Shown: in pieces, positions 56,832-64,000 of the stretch
How the letters are laid out: each line of letters begins with the position of its first letter
How positions within the stretch are numbered: position 1 is the first letter of the stretch
Source: a virus
Reading direction: 5' to 3' (one strand)
Length of the DNA: 64,000 bases
IMG/VR virus record: IMGVR_UViG_3300044959_000237
Coordinates: 1-64,000 of that record
Made by a program: the position numbers and the translations under genes
The notes under the pieces: model-generated
Database searches by the model: none
The model's input: only the letters and a program-made list of their open reading frames with translations
What the model was told of the DNA's origin: nothing

Positions 56832-58157
56832 TCAAGATCGAGCCGATCGATTTACGATAATTCCATTGAATTCCAATATATTTTCTGCCAAATCATCATA
56901 TAAATTACAATTTTCTTTTTCAACATGCAATTTATCTACAAAATAGATGAATTTGTAAAATGGAAGATAACTGTAATTTCTTTTTTTCATATTGAAATTC
57001 ACGATATATTTTATGATACCATCGAAATCGAGATTGTTATCATTATCGAAAACAAAAGAATTGTATTTACAAGGAAACAATTTGTCATAAATGCTATATT
57101 GATGAGTTATGAAAGATAGCAAAATGTTGCTTCTGTCTTTATTGATGAAATCTTCGAAATTGTAATCCTGAAGACGATGCATCAAATTTACCAGATTGAA
57201 AACCGAATCATTGGAATAAAAAGAAGGATAATATAGATCGTAATTCAAATTTGTAAAATTTTTACTTTTTTCAATAGAAATTTCTTTGTCTATGAAATAA
57301 AGAACCTGTTTTATGATTTTTCTCAAATCGAGAAAGTCGATATTCATGTCGTATTCATTTTCGAAAAAAAGTCGGTTTTTACTTTCACAAACAAAATCGA
57401 AAGCATGTTTGTGAAAACATCTTCCCCGAATAAATTTTATTTTCATATTGTTCACTATCGAATATAGAAACAAGGACAAAAGATAATTGAAAAAATCGAA
57501 TCCAACAGAAACAATTCTACCGTCGTGTATCTCCATGAAAGTCAGTAATTTTGATACACTTTCGTCAATTTTTTCCAATTTGAAAAATTTTTCGTATTTT
57601 TTAAAAACAAAATTTCTGTAATTGATGAATTTTTCCTTGTGTTTTTCTTTTTTCAGAATATTGTTGATATATTCTATGTAAACATCGTTTTTTTCATTGA
57701 AACAGATTGTAAAATCGTGATTGTCGTATTCATTTATTTTGTTGCTTTCGTACAGTTGAATATTATTGAAAAAATATTTCAACTGAAAAATATTTGTATG
57801 TATTCTGATTATATTGTTTTTTCTGTCGTAATCAACCATGAATTCTTCGTTTCTGTATTTTCGATCCAAGAAGTCGATCAATTCGTTTTTGTTCTCGAAA
57901 TCATTTTTAAGCAAAAATTTTCTGATATATGAATAATTTTCATTACATATTTTCACACACAATATCTTGTCGTCATGACTTTTGTATCCCATGTTTACAA
58001 ATTTGAGATTATAAGGAGTCAAAAATTTCATATATTTGAAACTTTTTACAATATTCGAATCTTTTTTCTTCAATTCCAAGAAAAGATATCCGTTTTTGTA
58101 ATCGATAAAATCTATAATGGATTCTTCTTCATGATTTGATTTACGAATGAACTCCAT
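56832..58157 (-). CDS. Hypothetical protein
   Basis: 441-aa ORF between uvsY and uvsW. Confidence 0.65.
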   Translation of the reverse strand: MEFIRKSNHEEESIIDFIDYKNGYLFLELKKKDSNIVKSFKYMKFLTPYNLKFVNMGYKSHDDKILCVKICNENYSYIRKFLLKNDFENKNELIDFLDRKYRNEEFMVDYDRKNNIIRIHTNIFQLKYFFNNIQLYESNKINEYDNHDFTICFNEKNDVYIEYINNILKKEKHKEKFINYRNFVFKKYEKFFKLEKIDESVSKLLTFMEIHDGRIVSVGFDFFNYLLSLFLYSIVNNMKIKFIRGRCFHKHAFDFVCESKNRLFFENEYDMNIDFLDLRKIIKQVLYFIDKEISIEKSKNFTNLNYDLYYPSFYSNDSVFNLVNLMHRLQDYNFEDFINKDRSNILLSFITHQYSIYDKLFPCKYNSFVFDNDNNLDFDGIIKYIVNFNMKKRNYSYLPFYKFIYFVDKLHVEKENCNLYDDLAENILEFNGIIVNRSARS

Positions 58158-58214
58158 GAATTTTCTTCCACGGAAGTTTCGGAACTTTCAGGAAATATTG
58201 TAACAAGAAATCCG

Positions 58215-58673
58215 TCAAATGTCAAAGTTCATGCTTTTGAGTTTTACCAGATTTGTTATTTGATAGGCTTTTATGTCCAAAGCTTTGATTATTGCCGTAT
58301 ATCTTCCTTTTATATAATTGAACGTGTTGAGTAAATCATAAAGAGCCAAAACATCATCTTCACCTTCTGCATATTTTTCTGCTTCTCTTATTGTCAAACT
58401 TCTATTGTAATTTTCCAGATAATATTTGAGTTTTTCTGTTTTCAGTTTGTTGAGTCTTCTTTCTATGAATTCTACAATAGAACATATATCCTGAAGTTGT
58501 GAAAATCTATACTCGATGGAACCGGGAAGTTCTATGGCATTTTTTTCGAGACTGTTTGTTATCTTTACATCTTTTTTGGCTTTCTCGATTTCTTCTTCGT
58601 AGAATTCCAGAGCTTTCGCCAATATGTCGAAGTCCAATTCACTTTTTTCTATTAATTTTTTGAAAAAGAACAT
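58215..58673 (-). CDS. uvsY: Recombination mediator UvsY
   Basis: Helical 152 aa with YLENYNRSL-x3-EAEKY-x2-GE and KALD-x-K-x2-QI-x-NLVKL; lies between uvsX and uvsW. Confidence 0.8.
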   Translation of the reverse strand: MFFFKKLIEKSELDFDILAKALEFYEEEIEKAKKDVKITNSLEKNAIELPGSIEYRFSQLQDICSIVEFIERRLNKLKTEKLKYYLENYNRSLTIREAEKYAEGEDDVLALYDLLNTFNYIKGRYTAIIKALDIKAYQITNLVKLKSMNFDI

Positions 58674-58745
58674 TCGAAATTACTCCCTTGAAATATCACA
58701 AGAAAAACTGACAATTCGAAATCATGAACAATCATCGAATCGATC

Positions 58746-58775
58746 CAAGAGAGGAAAAAAATTTTTCCTCTCTTG
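58746..58775. terminator. Strong hairpin, possible terminator
   Basis: Inverted repeat CAAGAGAGGAAAAA/TTTTTCCTCTCTTG; direction unclear. Confidence 0.55.
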
Positions 58776-58916
58776 AATTTTTATCATGATTTTTTCATTT
58801 TGAAAAGTATGAATTCATTTTTTTTCGTAATAAATCATATTGTGCACGAAATTGCAAATTTATTTGTAAATCTGTAAAAGCATTATTGAAATTTTACAAA
58901 TCTTTTCAAATTTTTT

Positions 58917-59153
58917 TCATTCTTCCGAAAACTTTTCATCGAAAATCGAATCTTCTTCCGGAAATATGTTTTCAACAGCCAAATTCATATGTTTATCAAT
59001 TCCGAACAATGATTCTTTGGTCAGATGATCCAGAAGATTGTGATCGAAAAAAGTTTTCAACATCAAATAACAAACTTCCGTTCTTTGTTTCGATGGTATC
59101 AAATCCTTGAAATTGTTCCATAGATCTTCAAGAAATTCCGGAGTTATTTCCAT
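58917..59153 (-). CDS. Small hypothetical protein
   Basis: ATG 59153 after AAGGAG. Confidence 0.65.
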   Translation of the reverse strand: MEITPEFLEDLWNNFKDLIPSKQRTEVCYLMLKTFFDHNLLDHLTKESLFGIDKHMNLAVENIFPEEDSIFDEKFSEE

Positions 59154-59199
59154 TATTTTATTTCTCCTTTCGAAGCTTTCGAATATCAATTTTATATAT

Positions 59200-60237
59200 T
59201 CATTTTGAAAATTTTTCTCGAATTATAAGATCGATAATTCCATTTTCGTTCCTGTTGTATTCTTTTTCGTAATACTTGTGTTCATTTCCTTGCAAATCGA
59301 CGTACAGGTATTTGTTTCCATTTTTCGTTACAATATTTTCTTTCAACAGAATGTCGAAAAATCCGGAATATGGATCCATTCCGGTATTGAAGGGAATTTT
59401 GATTTCAACTTCTCTGAAAGGTTTGGTAAATCTTGTTTTCATGACTTTACATTTTGTTCTTACACCAAATACTTCGGATGTTTTATTACCGTCTTCGTCT
59501 TCTTTCAGCTTCCATTTTTTCATTGCCACCACAATAGAAGAAGCATAAATGAATCCCTGTCCGCCAGATATTTTATCTTCTGGATCGAAAATATCCTGCG
59601 AAGCATAAGTATGATTTGTTGCCACGAGACCTATATCGAGATTACCAAATTTATTCACACAATTTCTTACCAAAGAAGTCAAAGCTTTAGCTTTTCTTCC
59701 CATATCACCTTTCATGTCTCCTTTTTCGAATTGCTCCACCTCCGATTTTGTAAGTAACATTCCGAGAGAATCGATGACAAACAGAAGCTTTGGTTTTTGT
59801 TCTTCACTCTTGTCATGATATTTTTCAGTGTAATCATGAACGATTCCATATATTATTTTCGATACATCATCGACAAGAGAAACATTTACCTTGAACAGTT
59901 TGGATTCATCGACAGATACACCCAATTTGATCAACCATTTTTCATCCAAAGCATTTTCCGAATCCAGAATGATGCAGAAAGCTCCCTGTTTTTGTGCTTC
60001 TCTTACAATATTTCCTGCTGCGATGTAACTTTTTCCAGACCCGCTTTCACCAGCAAAGACCACTACTTTGCCCAAAGGAACTCCTTTCATTGGATCTCCG
60101 GAAATTATGTAATTCAATGCATAATTGCCAGTGCTTATCCAATGTTTCGGATCATTGAAACCCAAAGATGCAGATTCTGTTTTGTTTATTATCTTTTCTA
60201 TTTTCGACAAATCGAAAGGCATATTTGTTGGCGACAT
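59200..60237 (-). CDS. uvsX: RecA-family recombinase UvsX
   Basis: Motifs AGESGSGKS, DSENA, VIDSLG, NHTY, SGG and KTR; start revised to ATG 60237 (AAGGGAG RBS). Confidence 0.94.
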   Translation of the reverse strand: MSPTNMPFDLSKIEKIINKTESASLGFNDPKHWISTGNYALNYIISGDPMKGVPLGKVVVFAGESGSGKSYIAAGNIVREAQKQGAFCIILDSENALDEKWLIKLGVSVDESKLFKVNVSLVDDVSKIIYGIVHDYTEKYHDKSEEQKPKLLFVIDSLGMLLTKSEVEQFEKGDMKGDMGRKAKALTSLVRNCVNKFGNLDIGLVATNHTYASQDIFDPEDKISGGQGFIYASSIVVAMKKWKLKEDEDGNKTSEVFGVRTKCKVMKTRFTKPFREVEIKIPFNTGMDPYSGFFDILLKENIVTKNGNKYLYVDLQGNEHKYYEKEYNRNENGIIDLIIREKFSK

Positions 60238-60280
60238 TTCGGTCTCCCTTTTCTGCTGATTGAAAAACATGGGAAAAACA

Positions 60281-60317
60281 TGGAAAAGGTTGCACTGCAA
60301 TCAATTGCAGTGCAACC
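60281..60317 (-). terminator. Hairpin/terminator after the SSB gene
   Basis: GGTTGCACTGCAAT/ATTGCAGTGCAACC (60288-60317) followed by TTTT on the minus strand. Confidence 0.7.
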
Positions 60318-60322
60318 GAGTT

Positions 60323-61390
60323 TCACTGAGAGTTGATTCTTTTCTTCAATCTTGCCAAGATATCATCGGGATTTGTTTTTGTTTTGTTTTCCGAGACCAC
60401 AATCTTTCTGGATGAATTTTTGTTTTCCAAAAGTTTTTCTTCAATATCATCCTCGAATTCATCGATGTCGTCGACATCGACAAAACCTGTTTCAGTCAAT
60501 TCATCATTGTTTTCTTCTTCTGCAAATTTTTCTTTTTCAATTTTCTTCTGATCGGTTTTCACAGAAGTCTCGTTCTTGGCCTTTATGATTGGAATGCTAT
60601 CAGTTTCATCGTCCTGCTTTCTTTTCTGCTTCAACCATCTTCCCCATTTTTGAATATCGAACAGCTCACCATTGACACTGGCAACGAACATTTCGTAAAT
60701 TTCTTTCAAATCATCAGAATCCGGTTTTGCTGGAATGAAATCTGACAAATTGAACAATCCATAGGTTTCGATGGCTTCGAGTTCTTCTTCACTCAGGTTG
60801 CGAGATTTGATCGACCAAGTACTTGTAGAATAATCGGCATACTTGCCACCTTTCTTTGTTTTTGTAATACGAAAATCTCTACCGTCCTTGTAATCTACTG
60901 GTATGATTTCCATTTCAGGATTCATCAAACTTGATTTTATGATGTTGAAAAGACTTGTATTCAATACAAATCTTCTGATCGGATTTTTTGGTGGATTATC
61001 TTCTTTGAATGGTGAGGAAACAACAAAACCCTGAAAAATATAAGATTTCTTTTTCCAGTATTTTTTAGCTGATTCTTCCAACTCCGGGTCCTTGAACCAG
61101 GTTCTGACTTCTTTCAATATCGGACATGGAAGACCATACATTTCCACACAAGGAACCCTGACTGTCAACGGAGTGTTTTCATTATCTGTCGATCCGGAAA
61201 AATACAGATTTATCGTAAGTTTTTCAACCCAGAAAAATGGATTCGATTCATTGCCATCTGGAAGAAATCTTACTATTGCGGTTTTATCATCAGGAATGTT
61301 CCAAAACTGATAAATGGCATTGTCAGCAAAATTGTTCTTTTTTTCATCATCTTTTGCAAGTTTACGACGTATTTCTTCTAATGAAAGCAT
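60323..61390 (-). CDS. Single-stranded DNA-binding protein (T4 gp32-like)
   Basis: Motifs VRFLPD, PC-x6-CPI, YWKKKSY, G-x-DF-x-I-x-K and YADYSTS; acidic tail. Confidence 0.9.
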   Translation of the reverse strand: MLSLEEIRRKLAKDDEKKNNFADNAIYQFWNIPDDKTAIVRFLPDGNESNPFFWVEKLTINLYFSGSTDNENTPLTVRVPCVEMYGLPCPILKEVRTWFKDPELEESAKKYWKKKSYIFQGFVVSSPFKEDNPPKNPIRRFVLNTSLFNIIKSSLMNPEMEIIPVDYKDGRDFRITKTKKGGKYADYSTSTWSIKSRNLSEEELEAIETYGLFNLSDFIPAKPDSDDLKEIYEMFVASVNGELFDIQKWGRWLKQKRKQDDETDSIPIIKAKNETSVKTDQKKIEKEKFAEEENNDELTETGFVDVDDIDEFEDDIEEKLLENKNSSRKIVVSENKTKTNPDDILARLKKRINSQ

Positions 61391-61621
61391 TTTTTTCTCC
61401 TTTCTTCAGCCTTGTTGAGTTTCATGTTAGCCAGCATGAGTTGTAATTCAACCTGCGTAACTAACAAAAGAATTATATGTTTCACTTGTTCTGAATTCAA
61501 TATAAAAGTCGAACGAAAAAAAATTTTTCGTGAAACTTTTCAATTTGTTCGAAAAACAAAGCAAAATTCTTCCAAGTTTTCTAAAATGAATTTTCGAAAA
61601 AAAAAACTTGCAAGATACATT

Positions 61622-62482
61622 TCAGAACAACCATTTTTTCAATTTGTTTTTTATTTCCACTTTTTCTGTTCTGGATAATTTGTCACTGTTTTCTATTTCT
61701 CGAAGAACAAAAGATTTGTTTTGTACATATTTGAATATCATATCGAGAACATCATGTGTCAAATCCACTGAATTCAATATATAATTTTCCCATGCTTCTA
61801 TCGTCATGGGAACATATGGTCTTACAAGTTCGAGAATTGAATTTGCCAAAACTCTTATTTCGAACTGAGCATGTTCATCGATTCTCAATGAAAGAAATTT
61901 CAAAAGATTGTTCAAATCGATTTTCCAATACATTTCTGTGTAATTGGACACTGGTAGAACAATTCTCGACAATTCTCTTGCCAAATCTTCTTCCAACAGA
62001 TTTCGATAAATCTCGTATGCCTTGTCGTTGAAATCTTTTATTGTATTTCGAATTCTTTTTGCCGTATTTTCGTCGAAATTTTCGCTTCTTCCCTGTTTGT
62101 TGTTTTTCGACTGTTTTCCCAAACAGGTCATGTCCGGAACATAAAATTCGTCTGTCATTACAGAATATCGACCAGAATATTCATTGACGTTTGCAGTTCT
62201 GTGTCTTATCAATTGACGAGCCACAAAAATTGGTATTTTCAGATGAAATTTGAATTCTACCATTTCAAAAGGAGAAGTATGTCTGTTTCTCAACAAATAT
62301 CTTATCAATGCTCTATCTTCGGATACTTTTCTGGTACCTTTGCCATATGATACTCTTGCTGCTTCTACAATAGCTCGATCACCATCACCATCCGAAGGCA
62401 TTCTGTCGACAAGACCAACAAATCCATGGTCGAGAATTCTTATATACGAAGAATTGTTTTCTACATCTTTTGCATTTGTCAT
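61622..62482 (-). CDS. thyX: Flavin-dependent thymidylate synthase
   Basis: Motifs AARVSY, HTSPFE, RHR-x7-S (RHRTANVNEYSGRY) and HAQFEIR. Confidence 0.96.
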   Translation of the reverse strand: MTNAKDVENNSSYIRILDHGFVGLVDRMPSDGDGDRAIVEAARVSYGKGTRKVSEDRALIRYLLRNRHTSPFEMVEFKFHLKIPIFVARQLIRHRTANVNEYSGRYSVMTDEFYVPDMTCLGKQSKNNKQGRSENFDENTAKRIRNTIKDFNDKAYEIYRNLLEEDLARELSRIVLPVSNYTEMYWKIDLNNLLKFLSLRIDEHAQFEIRVLANSILELVRPYVPMTIEAWENYILNSVDLTHDVLDMIFKYVQNKSFVLREIENSDKLSRTEKVEIKNKLKKWLF

Positions 62483-62551
62483 GGAAATTCCTTCTGATTA
62501 ATTTTCACACAAAAATAATAATGACAAAGAAAGTTTATTTCAATATGAATT

Positions 62552-62809
62552 TCAATGTTGAAAATTTTGAATGCCGAGAATTTTTTTCAAATATTGTTTT
62601 GCAAAATCTTTTCCTTTTATTCTTTCGATAAGTTGCCAACCTTTGTTGAAGGTTATCAATTTGTCATAAATGCAATTCAAATCACCATCACATTTCAAAT
62701 AATAAGATTGTATTTCATTTTTGTTTGGAACTGTTTTCAGCAGAATGTAAATTGCATCCATATCTTCATCATAATTCAAGGTTTGATCGAACAATTCGTA
62801 TAATTTCAT
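62552..62809 (-). CDS. Small hypothetical protein
   Basis: MKLYELFD N-terminus. Confidence 0.6.
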   Translation of the reverse strand: MKLYELFDQTLNYDEDMDAIYILLKTVPNKNEIQSYYLKCDGDLNCIYDKLITFNKGWQLIERIKGKDFAKQYLKKILGIQNFQH

Positions 62810-62811
62810 TT

Positions 62812-63999
62812 TCACAATCCTATTGCTTTTCTCAAAAAGTTCGAAAAATCGACTTCTTTCCTGTCAAGAGCAACATCATATATGAGTTCGAGTGCCTTTC
62901 TGTTTTGTTCATTCGATGGAAAACCGTTCATCAATTCCAGACATTGTTCTGCAATATAAATTCCATAACGATTTTTCACTTCGGAAATAATATCTATCGG
63001 ATTGTCGATTGTTCCTTCGAAAGTCAAATTTCCAGCATAATTGTATTCATTGTTTCGATCCACGGCATTTATGTAATCTTCCAATTCGTTTGCCATATCT
63101 TTATAACCATACATGTTTGCAAAATTTGCAATCATTTTGAGACTTTTGATATCACATGTACTGAGAGGATTGTTTGCAAACAATCTTTCTGCTTGTGATG
63201 CTACAGCTGCTCCCTTGTTGAATTCGAGTTGTGTCAGAAATTGTTTTTGTTCCAGAACATTCTTTGGATAATTTTTCAATGTTACGAACTTGATAGGATC
63301 CATTTTGAGATCATCGACATATTCATCACGACTATTGGAAGAAGAACAAAAATCGCAATTGCATTTACAAGAAGGATCATTGGGACATTTACATCCACAA
63401 GAACACTCTTTCAACAAGTTTCTGTTGTTTTTTATCAGGTTCTTCATGATAGAAGAACAGATCATATTCGCTGTTTCTTTTCTTATATCATTTTTTATGA
63501 CATTCATCAATCTCAATATCTGTTTTTCACTCAAGAAAGAAGTAATTCTTCCGAGTCGCAAGGGATTGTTTTTCTCTCTTATCATTTCTGTAACAATTTG
63601 AGAGAAAAATTCTCTGTCTCCCCTGAGAATTTCTTCTGAAAGTCTTTTTTCGGCAGGAATCGATTTCAGTGGACCTACGACTTTTTCCGAAACGTAAATA
63701 TGAAAAGGATAATCGATGACAAACGTAAGATATTCATGTTTCATTACAGGCAAATCACCGATTTCCTTGGGAGGAAATCCTATTTTTTCCAATATTTTTC
63801 TTGCTTCGTCTCGCAAATAATTTTTCAGAACCATGTCGTCTTTTATTTTGTCATAATGAAAATTCATGAAATGTAACTGTCCGCCAACAAATTTCTTGGA
63901 ATTTTTTTCTTCTTCCGTCATTTCTTTTACAACAACATCGTATTTTTTTCCACCAACTTCGACATGATATTCTTCTGTCTTGGAATTTACGTCGTTTCT
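62812..63999 (-). CDS. Hypothetical protein with Cys-rich insert (5'-truncated by window edge)
   Basis: The frame stays open upstream of the track ATG to the window end; it contains CSCGCKCPNDPSCKCNCDFC. Confidence 0.7.
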   Translation of the reverse strand, partial: RNDVNSKTEEYHVEVGGKKYDVVVKEMTEEEKNSKKFVGGQLHFMNFHYDKIKDDMVLKNYLRDEARKILEKIGFPPKEIGDLPVMKHEYLTFVIDYPFHIYVSEKVVGPLKSIPAEKRLSEEILRGDREFFSQIVTEMIREKNNPLRLGRITSFLSEKQILRLMNVIKNDIRKETANMICSSIMKNLIKNNRNLLKECSCGCKCPNDPSCKCNCDFCSSSNSRDEYVDDLKMDPIKFVTLKNYPKNVLEQKQFLTQLEFNKGAAVASQAERLFANNPLSTCDIKSLKMIANFANMYGYKDMANELEDYINAVDRNNEYNYAGNLTFEGTIDNPIDIISEVKNRYGIYIAEQCLELMNGFPSNEQNRKALELIYDVALDRKEVDFSNFLRKAIGL

Positions 64000-64000
64000 T

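Noticed and set aside
61390-61460. T4 gene-32-like autoregulatory pseudoknot in the SSB leader
   Set aside because: Short stems (GTTGA/TCAAC, TCATG/CATGA) exist, but I could not build a convincing pseudoknot.
254-63639. Many antisense and nested ORFs in the track (e.g. 13856-14440, 56115-56903, 59797-60336)
   Set aside because: They are F/S/I-rich shadows of real genes on the opposite strand, favoured by the scarcity of TTA/CTA codons.
1-64000. Stop-codon reassignment (as in some large phages)
   Set aside because: Conserved genes are full length in the standard code and end in TAA, TGA or TAG.
1-64000. tRNA or rRNA genes
   Set aside because: No canonical cloverleaf was found by eye; the only tRNA-like element is the tmRNA acceptor domain. 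tRNAscan-SE would confirm.

Overview
This very AT-rich, gene-dense window reads in the standard genetic code and looks like part of a large (jumbo-type) tailed dsDNA phage with a divergent T4-like core. Replication and recombination genes include gp41-like helicase, gp61-like primase, gp32 SSB, UvsX, UvsY, UvsW, ThyX and a ~190-aa family-C (DnaE) polymerase fragment. Virion genes include tail fibres, a PAAR spike tip, a beta-helix tailspike-like protein and a beta-propeller protein, and many follow a T4-late-like (T)ATAAATA motif. Host-type genes include a Leu/Glu/Phe/Val dehydrogenase, pyrB, prkA/yeaG-yeaH, a DNA methyltransferase, a glycosyltransferase and an amidoligase. Several signals are missing from the ORF track: (i) a circularly permuted, two-piece alphaproteobacterial-type tmRNA (tag ANDNVAKMALAA) at ~2926-3220 on the minus strand, which points to an alphaproteobacterial host; (ii) an unclassified, highly structured ~335-nt candidate ncRNA at 53304-53639 on the minus strand; (iii) a frameshifted radical SAM/SPASM pseudogene; (iv) a TnpB relic and scattered degenerate IS200/IS605-like end hairpins; (v) strong TCGA over-representation. 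All calls come from reading motifs by eye; no searches were run.
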